From contig JBJMOW010000001.1 of the NCBI GenBank assembly GCA_045803545.1, positions 1 to 64,000 on the forward strand: DNA of 64,000 nt, in the 5' to 3' direction. The notes below the pieces were generated by a model. The model was not told where the DNA came from. It did no database searches and saw only the letters and a program-made list of their open reading frames with translations. The translations under genes were made by a program, and so were the position numbers. The DNA is from Gemmatimonadaceae bacterium. GTDB lineage: Bacteria > Gemmatimonadota > Gemmatimonadetes > Gemmatimonadales > Gemmatimonadaceae. This document shows positions 1 to 12,500 of this stretch, piece after piece (position 1 is the first letter of the stretch; every line of letters starts with the position of its first letter).

Positions 1-79
1 AACACAACCGGTGTTGATTCCTCACACCCGTCTGTGCTCGTCTTGCGGCGAGCAGCAGACTACAACCATCCATCTTCAG

Positions 80-91
80 TTGTCAAAGAGC
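80..91 (-). promoter_or_regulatory. boxA-like antitermination element in the 16S-23S spacer
   Basis: Minus strand reads GCTCTTTGACAA (boxA consensus TGCTCTTTAACA) ~120 nt downstream of the 16S 3' end; followed by GATGGATG, as in the leader copy. Confidence 0.6.
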
Positions 92-209
92 CGATCGGCC
101 CCCGCAGGGGCCGATAAGGTGAAGCAATGTGAGCTCGAAGCGCGGAGTGCGGGCGACTTCTGAGAATCTTTCGCGCTCGACCTTGCGGTCGCGCCTACTC
201 GATGTCTCC

Positions 210-1745
<1,536 letters not shown>

Positions 1746-1908
1746 GAAGATTTGATTGCTCTCCCGAACGCGGTCGTCTCCAGACGTTGTCTTTCGACAT
1801 CCACGTCCGGAATCACTTTGAATGTTTCAGGTTTTGAAGTCTCCCCGAGACCCTGAATGGTCCCAGATCATAGACTTCGCCTCGCACATCCATCGATCTC
1901 AATTTCGA

Positions 1909-1920
1909 TTTTCAAACAGC
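1909..1920 (-). promoter_or_regulatory. boxA-like element in rrn leader
   Basis: GCTGTTTGAAAA between the promoter and the 16S 5' end. Confidence 0.5.
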
Positions 1921-1949
1921 GTTGGCTGCTTTTTCTGCAGCAGCCTTGA

Positions 1950-1978
1950 ATAGTAAACCGAAGCGGTTCACTCGTCAA
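1950..1978 (-). promoter_or_regulatory. sigma70-type rRNA operon promoter
   Basis: TTGACG-17 bp-TACTAT on the minus strand, ~200 nt upstream of 16S. Confidence 0.8.
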
Positions 1979-2250
1979 GTGTTTCGAAGCAAATTTGTTT
2001 AGTCTTCGAAGCTCTGCCGCGCTTCCTGAGCCGGGCAATGCCGGTCGGAAGGGGATGCTCAACGTAGTCGGGCAGGTCAATCACAGCAACCCCCAACTTC
2101 GACGAAAAATTCCAGAGCCTGGTGCTCTCTTTTGACGCCCACTTTTCGGCTTCGTTAAGTACGCCATCTAACAGACGGTCATCGCATAAATAAAAGCTGG
2201 CTGCGACAGCACTTAGCATCTATGTTGGCTGAGCACTAAAGGTGGTTCCT

Positions 2251-5200
2251 ATGCCCCAAGCCCCGCAGCCGCCTAAGCAGTACACCTTAGCGGATAGCAT
2301 TCCCCTGGCTCCTCCGCAGGATCCGATTGCGTCGCTCACCGCGGCACTCCGCGGTCATTACGAGTTCGAACGCGAGCTCGGACAGGGCGCCTTCGCGACT
2401 GTGTATCTCGCACGCGATCTGAAGCACGAGCGAAAAGTCGCGATCAAAGTGCTGAGGGCCGATCCCAACTCCGAGATGGGCGAGCTGCGTTTCGTGCGCG
2501 AAATCAGAATGCTCGCGCGACTACAGCATCCGAATATTCTGCCACTCCACGACTCGGGACACGTAGAAAATCTTCTCTATTACGTGATGCCCTATGTGAG
2601 CGGCGAGACGCTTCGCGATCGGCTTCGGGCGGAACGCCAGCTCCCATGGGAGACCGCGTGTAATATCACGTGCGATGTCGCCGATGCGCTCGCCTACGCG
2701 CACGGACAAGGCATCATTCACCGCGACATCAAACCGGAGAACATTCTCCTCTCCGCCGGTCATCCGATGATCGCCGATTTTGGCATCGCACGCGCGATCG
2801 ATGTCGCTGGCGTCAAGCAACTGACGCGGACGGGCATGGGCAGTCCGGGCACGCCGGCGTATATGAGTCCGGAGCAGCTCCTTGGCGTATCCGAGATCGA
2901 CACGCGCAGCGACATCTACAGCCTTGGCTGCGTGCTATATGAGATGCTCACTGGCAGCGCCCCGTTTGCCGATGACGATACGTTCGTAAAGCGCTTTACT
3001 GATCCGGCGCCGTCAGCCGCGGATCTTCGCCCGGAGCTTCCGGAGTGGATTGACGCTGCACTCAGGCCCGCGCTCGAGAGAGATACAGCTGCCCGTTATT
3101 CAACCGCGGCGGAATTCGCAAGTGCACTGCGGTCGGAAACGATCACCGGCGTACGCGCTCGCCGCACCTTGGTTCCCATGAAGGGCGGATGGCGACGTCG
3201 CTTGACGTCGAAACGAATTCTGATCGCGGCGCTCGTTACCGCTGCAATCCTCACAGCAGGCATCGGCACTTCATTGCAGTCCGACCGTTTGCAAACGTTG
3301 ATCGGTGTTCCTGCGCTCGACAGTACGCGTTTCATTGTGCTCGTTCCAAGCACCGGCAGAAAGTTGGCCGATTCCCTCAGCCAGGCGACAGGCGAGGGGG
3401 TTTACGAGTCACTCCGCTCATGGAATGGTCTCAACGTGGCGAGCGACCAGGAAGTCGCGGACGCCATTGGGGAACGCGGGACTCCGTCGACTTTGCGCGA
3501 AGGTATGCAGATCGCTGCCGCTCTACGTGCAGGGCGCATGATCTGGGGCCGTGTGATCACAGGCAATGTGCTCACGACTCGACTGGAGTTGTTCGATGTG
3601 ACTACCAAGCACAGCACGGGGCGTTATAGCCTAATCGAGACTGGAGCGGATTCGGCGCAATTGTCCCGCGCGATAATTCAGCTCCTTGCGGTAACCAATC
3701 GACCCGCGCGTGCAGCCGATGGCGACGGGCTCACCAAGTCGTTCGCCGCTTGGACCGCTTACAACGCGGGCCATCTCGCGCTCGCCTCCTGGAATTTGAC
3801 AGGCGCCGAGCAGGAATTCCGAAGAGCGCGTGCTGAAGACCCCAACTTTCCGCTGCCACATCTTTGGTTGGCCCAAATCGGTGAGTGGCGGTCACCCGGG
3901 CAACCGGGCGAATGGCGCGAGAGCGCAATACGGGCGGCCAGCGCTGCGAACATTTTATCGCCGACGTCTTCTCTGATGGCAAACGCGCTGGCCAGCCTTG
4001 CCAATAAGTCGTATCCATCCGCGTGTGAGCGCTATTCCGCAATAACACGTATGGACTCGCTCAGTTTCGTCGGCTGGTACGGACTGGGCGAGTGCCAGTC
4101 TCTCGATTCGCTGGTGCTTCCGACGACGAAAAGCCCGAGCGGGTGGCAGTTCCGCAGCAGCACTGCGAGAGCTGCCGACGCATACATGCGCGCACTGTCG
4201 CTGGAGCCACGATCGCACACGATTTTTCCTTTTGATCGTTTGACGAGTTTGTTGCCGGTCGCAGCGAGTCGGCCACGCGGTGGGTATAGCGGTAGCGCTA
4301 ATCCCCTTTACTTCGCCGCATCGCCCTCCGTTGTTAGCCCCGGCGACACCCTCGCCTTCATCCCTTATCCGCGAACGCAGTTTGCCGCACTGCCGACGAG
4401 CGCGATTTCCAGCCTGAATGCAGCGCTGGAGCGCAACACGGCACACCTCACCGATTTCGCAGCAAGTTGGACAAGACAGGCTCCCCAAGAGGCCGCGGCC
4501 TTTGAAGCACTGGCAGACATGCTCGATACTCGCGGCGAGGTCTTCGATACGCGTGCCTCGCGAATGTCCGCCTTAACGGCCATCAGCCGCGCACGTTTGC
4601 TCTCAACTAGTGATGAACAGAAGTTGAGAACGGCGGCGAAAGAGGTGTGGATACGCTTTAAACGTGGTGAGTTCGCCGTCGCTCAGCGACTTGCTGACTC
4701 TCTCTTGAGTACGCCACGACCGTCGAGTGAGGTCGAGTCAAGAGTTCTCCTGGGCCTGGCTGCGCTGACCGGCAATTTTGCGCGAACCACGGATCTGGTT
4801 CGGGATTCCCGTTGGTACACTGCGCCCACCGGCAATGTCCCGGAGGGCGTCGCAGATCCCGCCGCTCGTTTGTTCACGTTTGCGGTCTTTGGAATTTGCG
4901 ACATGCCGAGATGGATTGCGCTTCGTGGAGAATTGAACAACGCTATCGACAACTATGTCGAGCCAAGAGACGCCGAGAGGCTGCGCGCAGAGTTGCTCAC
5001 TCGGCCACTGAGCTTGATGTCTCCTTGTACGCAAGGTTCGACGGCGCTCGAGATAAAAGGAAGTCGCAGCAGGCTTGTCTTGATGCAACAGGCCTTTGCG
5101 CGGAAGGACATGCGCGCGCTACGGTCACTCCTCGACACCGTAGCCGAGGTTTCAAAGCTGCAGCGACCCGGTGACCTGTCGCCGGACTACGTTCTCCAAC

Positions 5201-5445
5201 AAGCCTGGCTTCGAGTTGCGGTGGGTGACACGACGCAGGCAGAGCGTCTCCTGGATAAGACGTTGAATGGGTTGCCAGGAGTAAGCACCTCTGCACTCCA
5301 GGAGCCGGCAGCGGCTGCGGGAATAGTCCGAGTGATGCGGTTACGGGCGCAGCTCGCCGCGAAAGCTGGCGATGATCGTATTGAACAGAAATGGTCGACC
5401 GCGGCCAAACTCATTTGGGCGCATGGTGATCCTTCCGTCCAATGA
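2251..5445 (+). CDS. Hanks-type Ser/Thr protein kinase with TM helix and TPR-like C-terminal region
   Basis: GQGAFA Gly-loop, VAIK, HRDIKPEN, DFG, GTPAYMSPE, SDIYSLG; hydrophobic ILIAALVTAAILTAGIG; long helical-repeat C-terminus; start could be GTG 2242. Confidence 0.9.
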   Translation: MPQAPQPPKQYTLADSIPLAPPQDPIASLTAALRGHYEFERELGQGAFATVYLARDLKHERKVAIKVLRADPNSEMGELRFVREIRMLARLQHPNILPLHDSGHVENLLYYVMPYVSGETLRDRLRAERQLPWETACNITCDVADALAYAHGQGIIHRDIKPENILLSAGHPMIADFGIARAIDVAGVKQLTRTGMGSPGTPAYMSPEQLLGVSEIDTRSDIYSLGCVLYEMLTGSAPFADDDTFVKRFTDPAPSAADLRPELPEWIDAALRPALERDTAARYSTAAEFASALRSETITGVRARRTLVPMKGGWRRRLTSKRILIAALVTAAILTAGIGTSLQSDRLQTLIGVPALDSTRFIVLVPSTGRKLADSLSQATGEGVYESLRSWNGLNVASDQEVADAIGERGTPSTLREGMQIAAALRAGRMIWGRVITGNVLTTRLELFDVTTKHSTGRYSLIETGADSAQLSRAIIQLLAVTNRPARAADGDGLTKSFAAWTAYNAGHLALASWNLTGAEQEFRRARAEDPNFPLPHLWLAQIGEWRSPGQPGEWRESAIRAASAANILSPTSSLMANALASLANKSYPSACERYSAITRMDSLSFVGWYGLGECQSLDSLVLPTTKSPSGWQFRSSTARAADAYMRALSLEPRSHTIFPFDRLTSLLPVAASRPRGGYSGSANPLYFAASPSVVSPGDTLAFIPYPRTQFAALPTSAISSLNAALERNTAHLTDFAASWTRQAPQEAAAFEALADMLDTRGEVFDTRASRMSALTAISRARLLSTSDEQKLRTAAKEVWIRFKRGEFAVAQRLADSLLSTPRPSSEVESRVLLGLAALTGNFARTTDLVRDSRWYTAPTGNVPEGVADPAARLFTFAVFGICDMPRWIALRGELNNAIDNYVEPRDAERLRAELLTRPLSLMSPCTQGSTALEIKGSRSRLVLMQQAFARKDMRALRSLLDTVAEVSKLQRPGDLSPDYVLQQAWLRVAVGDTTQAERLLDKTLNGLPGVSTSALQEPAAAAGIVRVMRLRAQLAAKAGDDRIEQKWSTAAKLIWAHGDPSVQ

Positions 5446-5513
5446 ATTAGCAGCTTTGGTGATAGCAAAACGTCATTTGCATTCTCGATCTCTACGGACA
5501 CAAGGAGGTAGTT

Positions 5514-6227
5514 GTGAACTCGCCGGCGAGCTGGAAGCGACTATGGGCGGCCGCAGGAGCCGCAGTCACGTTATGGGTATCAGAGAGCTGCGTGAACCCT
5601 CCTGCGCCCGCGCCCGATCTGACGGTGCAAGTCAATCTGGATACAACTGGCACGGTGGTGAACGCAGACAGCCTGCGGGGACAGCTAAATAAGTACGCTG
5701 GAAAAACAGTTCACTTCAATCGACGGGGAAAGTGCAATGGCTGCGTCGTAGACGTAACCCTGACGAGAATCGGGAAAACGCACGATATCAAAGCCCTCGA
5801 CGGACCCGTCACACCGCGCCAGATCGCTTTGCTACATAATTCCGATGCGGCTGACACGACCGAGATGTACAACATGGCGCCACGCCATGACTACGTACTT
5901 CAAATTGGACGGGACAACGTTACTCACGCTTCGACGTACGCTGTTATCGAGCTCCCGATTACGCCGTCGGGTCCGCTGCACGTGGTTGCGAGCGGAACGG
6001 TGACCGGATGTAATCCAGGCCACCCGTCAATATTCTCGAAAGTCAGTTTCGCGTACTGCACGGATGACGCGATCAATCCCGCCTTTGACGGGTCCGCGAT
6101 GACGAGTGACCTGGAAACGATCAGGAACGCAATGGCAACGGTGCGTAAATTCTTTGCGCGGACGAGAACCGAGACTCTTGAACGCCGCGGGTGGTTCAGC
6201 TGTGACTCAGGATGCTGCACAGCCTGA
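5514..6227 (+). CDS. Cys-rich exported hypothetical protein
   Basis: AAGGAGG SD before GTG; signal-like N-terminus (KR + hydrophobic + C); 8 Cys; ends WFSCDSGCCTA; terminator follows. Confidence 0.75.
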   Translation: MNSPASWKRLWAAAGAAVTLWVSESCVNPPAPAPDLTVQVNLDTTGTVVNADSLRGQLNKYAGKTVHFNRRGKCNGCVVDVTLTRIGKTHDIKALDGPVTPRQIALLHNSDAADTTEMYNMAPRHDYVLQIGRDNVTHASTYAVIELPITPSGPLHVVASGTVTGCNPGHPSIFSKVSFAYCTDDAINPAFDGSAMTSDLETIRNAMATVRKFFARTRTETLERRGWFSCDSGCCTA

Positions 6228-6248
6228 CGCGATGAGGCACATGAGCCT

Positions 6249-6280
6249 GGAAACGCCCGCGATTCGGGCGTTTTCCTTTT
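6249..6280 (+). terminator. Rho-independent terminator
   Basis: GGAAACGCCCG...CGGGCGTTTTCC hairpin followed by a T-run. Confidence 0.7.
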
Positions 6281-6294
6281 ATTGCAACTGACAA

Positions 6295-7197
6295 GTGAAT
6301 AACAAAGTCTCCGCGATCGCAAACCCAGCCGCCGGTCGCGGTAAGATTCGGATATTACTGCCGCGGATCCGCGAAGTGTTTGGGCGTCGCGGCATTGCTG
6401 ATTTCTTTGAGACCACGACCGCCGGCGAGGAAGCAATCCTCGCGCAGCGCGCAATCGGGGCGGGCTGCAGAACAATCATCGCCATCGGTGGTGACGGAAC
6501 TTGCTCTCAAATCGCCAATGCGATTGTCGACTCTCAATCGGATTGCGCACTGGCAGTTCTAGTAGCCGGAACCGGCAACGATTTCGCCAAGACCGTTGGT
6601 GTCAGTCACTATACCGCGGCACAGGTCGCCGAGCTCGCGGTGCGCGGCCAATCGACACGGATCGATGTCGGATCCATTGACGGCCGACATTTTCTCAACA
6701 GCTGTGGCTTTGGTTTCGATGCGTCGGTTCTGGAGGCGAGCACTCGCGTCAAATTCCTGAAGGGAGATGCGGTCTACATCTACTCGGCGCTGAAACAGCT
6801 ATTCACCTATAAAGGCCTCGACGTGTCTGCCGATCGCATCGGAAAAGATGGAACTGCCCGACTCCTCATGGTCACTGTCTCGAACGGACAATTCCTCGGC
6901 GGCGCATTCAAGATCGCTCCGCACGCGTCGGTGACTGACGGAGCGCTCGACGTTTGCTTGATCAAGAACAGTGGCATACTCGCGCGGATTCGACTCTTCG
7001 CTGGTGCGCTGCGTGGTCGGCATCTTGGCTTGTCGTCAGTGACCAGCGGCAACGCAAAGGAGCTGACGCTCACCTTCGACGAGGCGCCGGCGATGGAGCT
7101 CGATGGTGAGCTGCGCGTTGCGCGCTCGAAAGTGGTTCACCTGCGATGCCTGCCGCGGGCGCTGTCGGTGATTGCAGCGCCCGGAGCGATCAGCTGA
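6295..7197 (+). CDS. diacylglycerol/lipid kinase family protein (YegS/BmrU-like)
   Basis: NPAAG, GGDGT, GTGNDFA, GFGFDA, NGQFLGG and ELDGE motifs. Confidence 0.9.
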   Translation: MNNKVSAIANPAAGRGKIRILLPRIREVFGRRGIADFFETTTAGEEAILAQRAIGAGCRTIIAIGGDGTCSQIANAIVDSQSDCALAVLVAGTGNDFAKTVGVSHYTAAQVAELAVRGQSTRIDVGSIDGRHFLNSCGFGFDASVLEASTRVKFLKGDAVYIYSALKQLFTYKGLDVSADRIGKDGTARLLMVTVSNGQFLGGAFKIAPHASVTDGALDVCLIKNSGILARIRLFAGALRGRHLGLSSVTSGNAKELTLTFDEAPAMELDGELRVARSKVVHLRCLPRALSVIAAPGAIS

Positions 7198-7198
7198 G

Positions 7199-7552
7199 TT
7201 AAATCGGCGGGATGGTCAGCCCGACGGTATCACCTGGCGCGACCGTAATTTCTTCGCTTACCGAAGCGCGAGTGCCACCAATCGGATCAGCAACAAATCG
7301 GAGCGGTGTCAGTCCGCTCACGATTCCCGCTGGAACGCGGAAGTTGCTCTTGCTGTTCCCGTTTGCGGTTCCCAGGCGAACACGTTCCGAGCTTCGCATG
7401 ACGTAGACAGCCATATCGAGAAAGCCTTGATTGTCCACTTGTACAACCGTCGGCTGATTCGGATCGATCGCGGTCGAGCCTTGCCTGAAACCCGTGCACG
7501 CCGCCGCGAGCAGCGCCGCCGAAACCGCGAGAACGCGGACTCTCATAATCAT
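7199..7552 (-). CDS. hypothetical lipoprotein
   Basis: Lipobox LAAAC after a hydrophobic signal; small beta-rich domain. Confidence 0.75.
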   Translation of the reverse strand: MIMRVRVLAVSAALLAAACTGFRQGSTAIDPNQPTVVQVDNQGFLDMAVYVMRSSERVRLGTANGNSKSNFRVPAGIVSGLTPLRFVADPIGGTRASVSEEITVAPGDTVGLTIPPI

Positions 7553-7622
7553 TCCTTCGTAGATCTGTTCAAGTCAAAAGCATACTGCGTTCCATACACC
7601 GAGAACGTAGTTTTGTTTTCTC

Positions 7623-8309
7623 ATGCTCAAGCCACTGATCATCGGCATCGCCGGCGGCTCGGGGTCCGGAAAATCGACAGTCGCCAGCAACGTCGCCGAG
7701 CTGCTCACGACCTCTTCCGTCGCGTTGATCGACATGGACGCCTATTACAAGAATTTCCCCGATTTGACGCTCGACGAGCGGCGCAAACTGAACTGGGATC
7801 ATCCTGATGCGTTCGATTACGATCTCTTGTGCCAGCATCTGGAGGCCCTGAGCCGGCGGCGTGCGATCGAGAAACCCGAATACGATTTCGTAACGCATCT
7901 CCGCCGCGCCCAAACGATTCGGATCGAGCCTGCTGATGTCGTCGTCATCGACGGCATCCTTCTCTTCGTCGACGATCGCGTCCGCGAGTTATGCGACGTC
8001 AAAGTGTTTGTCGACGCCGATGCCGACATCCGTCTCATTCGCCGCCTGCAGCGCGACACGCGAGACCGCGGACGCCCGCTCGACGGGATCATCGATCAGT
8101 ATCTCTCGACCGTACAACCGATGCACCTTCAATTCGTCGAGCCGAGCAAGCGATACGCAGATGTGATCGTGCCGCGCGGGGGTCACAACGCGATCGCGAT
8201 CGAAATGATCGTCGCTAAAATTCAGCGACGGCTGGCGAATGCAGTGTCTGGCGTCGAGGCGTTGCGTACACCATCAGCGCAGCGGCCAGCGCCCCGAATA
8301 CAAACATGA
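7623..8309 (+). CDS. udk: uridine kinase
   Basis: GIAGGSGSGKST P-loop, DAYY, NWDHPDAFD, FVEPSKRYAD, IVPRGG. Confidence 0.95.
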   Translation: MLKPLIIGIAGGSGSGKSTVASNVAELLTTSSVALIDMDAYYKNFPDLTLDERRKLNWDHPDAFDYDLLCQHLEALSRRRAIEKPEYDFVTHLRRAQTIRIEPADVVVIDGILLFVDDRVRELCDVKVFVDADADIRLIRRLQRDTRDRGRPLDGIIDQYLSTVQPMHLQFVEPSKRYADVIVPRGGHNAIAIEMIVAKIQRRLANAVSGVEALRTPSAQRPAPRIQT

Positions 8310-9471
8310 TCAGCCAAAGGGCCGTTGGTCCGAATACGGAGAGTATCTGGGTTCCAGCCCATGGCCCGAACGTAAGAGCGAGACTGAGCGACATACTGTA
8401 AGCTCCCATGTAGGCGCCGCGCTGTGCTGCCGGTGCGATGTCGCCGAGGTAAGCAGACATCGCCGGAAAAAGCATCATCTCACCGAAAGTCCACAGCACT
8501 ACCGTGACGAGAACGCCGGTTGCAGACGCAACGACGGCCAGTCCACCAAAGCCGAGCGCGAATAAAATGCATCCGGTGAGTAGCGGCCACGCCGCCGGCC
8601 AATGCGCAGTTCTCTGGTTAAGCGGTACCTCGAGCGCCACGATCAACAACGTGTTGATCGTAAACAGGGCGCCGTAAAATGCAGGCGAGAAACTGAGATT
8701 GTTCACCAGAAACAGCGACAGCGTCGATTCGTGCTGATAGAACACGACCGCGACGAGAAACTCGGCGAATAGGAATACGAGGAGCTTTCGGTTGCGCAAG
8801 ATGGCTTTGGTTTCGCCGTGATGTTTCTGCATCGGGTGATGGGTGCCGCCAGTTGGGGCGGTCCACCTCGTCAACATCAGAACCAGGGCTGCCAGGATGG
8901 TCGTTCCGCCGTCGACAACGAACATCGATTTGAACGAAACGGTGGCCAGGAATCCTCCTAGCGCGGGGCCGATGCTCATGCCGAGGTTGATCGCTAGACG
9001 ATTCACTGCATAAGCGGCCTTTCTCTGCTCGGAGCCGACGACGTGCGTAATCGCGGCGAGACTCGCCGGTCGAAACAACTCCGACGTGGCAGCCCAGATG
9101 AATGTCGTGAAGTAAACTCCGGCAACGGTTCGCGCGAGTGGGTACAAAAGTACGACGACGCCTGACAAGAGCAGTGACGCCCGCATGATCGGCAGAGCGC
9201 CGATCCGGTCGCTCAGCCATCCGGAAAATGGTCCGGCGCCGATCGCTGCGCCCCCATAGATGGCAAAGGCAAACCCAGCCTGCGCGGCGGTGAAATGGAG
9301 CTGTCGAGTGAGGTAAACCACGAGAAACGGCAACACCATCATGCCGGCGCGGTTCACGAGGTTGGTCGCAAACAGCAGCCAGACCTCACGTGGGAGTCCA
9401 CCGAGTCCCCGCCAGGGATTCAGGCGCGATTGCGCAAAGTTAAGCTGCCGCCGATTCTTCTCTTCTCGCAC
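8215..9471 (-). CDS. MFS transporter
   Basis: About 12 hydrophobic segments; motif A-like GWLSDRIG; INLGMSIGPALGG. Confidence 0.9.
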   Translation of the reverse strand: MREEKNRRQLNFAQSRLNPWRGLGGLPREVWLLFATNLVNRAGMMVLPFLVVYLTRQLHFTAAQAGFAFAIYGGAAIGAGPFSGWLSDRIGALPIMRASLLLSGVVVLLYPLARTVAGVYFTTFIWAATSELFRPASLAAITHVVGSEQRKAAYAVNRLAINLGMSIGPALGGFLATVSFKSMFVVDGGTTILAALVLMLTRWTAPTGGTHHPMQKHHGETKAILRNRKLLVFLFAEFLVAVVFYQHESTLSLFLVNNLSFSPAFYGALFTINTLLIVALEVPLNQRTAHWPAAWPLLTGCILFALGFGGLAVVASATGVLVTVVLWTFGEMMLFPAMSAYLGDIAPAAQRGAYMGAYSMSLSLALTFGPWAGTQILSVFGPTALWLIMFVFGALAAALMVYATPRRQTLHSPAVAEF

Positions 9472-9532
9472 GATCCTCTGAGTTGAGCGGCAAGCTAAAC
9501 GGGTCGATCACGACGGACTAGAGACAAGCCAC

Positions 9533-12500
9533 TTGATCATCGAAAAACACAGACGATGTGGTATGCTCGCGCTCACGGCGTGCATTGCGTTCACCAGCTC
9601 GACGTGCCGCCAGGAGCACGCGTCTGTCGAAGAGCTGTACACAACGCGGATGCTCGGGCTCAGCTACTTGCAGCGAAATCAGCTGACCGAAGCAGAATCA
9701 TCGTTCAAGCAAATCACGAAGCTCGCCCCCGATGATCCACTCGGTTACGCGAACCTCGGCCTCACTTACCTCCAGGCAGGCCGATTCGATGACGCCGAGA
9801 AGCAGCTGAAAAAGGCCCGCGAACTGGACCCGAAGAACACCGAGATCGGACTCGCACTGGCCAAGGTCTACTCGCTGACAAAGCGACCGCAGGACGCGAG
9901 AGATCTCCTCGAGGCGATGCGAAAGGATTCGACCGCCAACCTGCACGTCGCCTATGCGCTCGCCGAGGTGGATGCACAGCAGCAGGACAGCGCGTCGGTG
10001 ACGCGCTACATGGATCGATTGAGAGATGTGCTGGCAGCGGCGCCGAGCAACCTGGCAGTGCGCACACAGTTGCTAAGAGCGCTCGCACAAACGGGCCAGG
10101 TCGACAGCGCGGTGCATCAGCTCGAGGAAATCCGCCGCATCCCGCCCGAGCTTCCCCGTGAAGCTCGGGTCTATCTGGATAGCACCATTCAGCTCTTACG
10201 CGCCGGCCAGGCAGCGAACGCGCGGGCGCTGTTGGATCGGTTTGTCCGCACGGTCGAAGTAACGTCGCCGTATCAGGCTTCGCTCGAAGACGTGAAATGG
10301 ACTGAAGGTCCAATCGCGGGCCGACCAGTACTGACCTTCGCGCCAAAGTATTTCGTGTCTCTCAATAAGGTTCGAGAAAAAGCAACCGTCGATCAGGCAA
10401 AGTTCGTTGATGCCACCGACGAATCCGGCCTGCGAAGCGGAGGCGGCCCTGCACAATCGGCGTTTGCTGTGGGTGACGTCGATGGAGATGGAATCGATGA
10501 CATTTTTGTCTCGAGTGTTTCAAACGGGCGCCCGGAGACACACCTCTATCGTGTTCAGGGCGGATTTGTCCGCGACGGCACCGATCGATCTGGAATTGCG
10601 CTCAGCGCCGGAGCCGCCTACGCAACGTTCGTCGATTACGACAACGATGGTTGGCTGGATCTATTTGTCATCGATGCGCGAGGCAAGGGCCTCCTTTTTC
10701 ACAATCGGGGCAACGGCTCGTTCGAGGATGTGACAGCGAAGGCCGGAGTTGGCCAAGTCAACGGTGCGCGCAAAGGAGTATTCGTCGATCTCGATCACGA
10801 CGGTGATCTCGATCTCCTGCTCGTTGGCGATAAGCTGACCGTGTATCGCAACAATCTTGACGGCACATTCACGGATGGCTCGGCGAGCTTTGACATTGCC
10901 GGAGTCTCTAATGCTTCCGACGCTGTTTTTGCGGATTTCGACGGCGATGGCAGAACAGACTTATTCGTGGCGAGCGCGGCCGGCGCTGGCAAACTTTTTC
11001 ACAATGCCGGTATTCAGCGTTTCACTGATGCGACGGGCCCTTCGGGATTAGCGCGAGCAGCTGCCGCGACGGTCGCCGCGGTGGGCGATTACAACAATGA
11101 TGGATATCTGGATCTCTTTTTGGGCGGCCACAATGTCGAGCCGTCACTCTGGCTCAACAAGGGCGATGGCACATTCACGCGCGACACGAGATCCGCGTCG
11201 ATATTGCGGGTGGCGCAGTCCGACGACGTCCAGGCAGCGACATTTGTCGATTTCGACAACGACGGTTGGCTCGACCTGGTGGTTGGCGCCAAGCCGGCCG
11301 CCGGGGAAAAAGGGCCGGCGCTGTTCGTGTTCCGCAACGATGGCAGCGGGCGGTATCTCGACCGATCGAATCTGCTCCCCGCGAGCGCACGCGAAGCGGG
11401 AGCAGTGGCGATATCGCCGTCCGACGTCGATGACGATGGCGATGTCGATCTTTGGCTGATTGATGGCGCGGGCGCCCCCCGTCTACTTCGAAACGATGGA
11501 GGTAACGCCAATCTCGCAGTGAACGTGGAGCTGAAAGCTTTGCGCACCGGCAGTGGAAAGAACAACGCACTCGGCATTGGATCTCGCCTGAACCTTCGCG
11601 CGGGCAATATCTACCAAACCCAGGTCGCCACCGGACGCGTCACACACTTCGGACTCGGTCCTCACCTCAAGGCAGATGTCTTACGGATCGAATGGCCGAA
11701 CGGTGTGCCACAGACGATCTACTTCCCCGGCAATGACCAGGACGTAGTGGAGCGTGAGATGCTCAAAGGATCGTGCGCGCTCGCCTACGCGTGGGATGGC
11801 AACGAATACCGCTTCGTCACCGACGCGATGTGGCGGAGCGCACTCGGTATGCCCCTCGGCCTGATGGGCGGTAACAGCGCCTTTGCGCCGGCGGGTGCAT
11901 CGCAGGAGTACGTGCGCATCTCCGGCGATGCACTCAAGCCGCGTGACGGCAAGTACTTTCTTCAGCTGACCGAGGAGCTCTGGGAGACGGCGTATGCTGA
12001 CGAAGTGAAGCTGGTCGCTGTAGATCACCCGGATTCAGTAGACGTCTTTGTAGATGAGCGGTTCGTGCCACCTGGACCGGTCACCCTCCATCTGTACGAG
12101 ATCTCGCAGCGGTATCCACCACTTTCGGCCACCGACGAGCGCGGCGATAACGTATTGCCTGCGCTTCTCAACGCCGACGACAACTACGTATCGAACTTCA
12201 ATCCGGAGAAGTATCAGGGCGCCGTGGCCAAACACGATTTGGTTCTCGATCTCGGCGCGACAGCAGGCCAGTCCGGTTCGTTCTTGTTCCTGCGCGGGTG
12301 GATCTACCCGACGGACGCCAGTATCAACGTCGCACTTTCTCAGCAGTCGTCGATTTCTCTCGCGCCCCCGTCGCTCGAAGTGCGTGATGCGAGAGGTGTC
12401 TGGAAGACAGTGATTCCCAGCATTGGATTCCCTTCCGGGAAAGACAAGACGATGGTGATCGACCTCGCCGGCAAGTTCCCCACTGCCGATCATCACGTTC

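Noticed and set aside
1868..2219. Two short minus-strand ORFs upstream of 16S
   Set aside because: They overlap the rrn promoter/leader and have no recognisable motifs
10460..11460. Recurring GA(C/T)...GACGG nucleotide motifs as a possible repeat array or CRISPR
   Set aside because: They are codons of FG-GAP D-x-D-x-D-G loops; no constant repeat-spacer periodicity and no cas genes in the window
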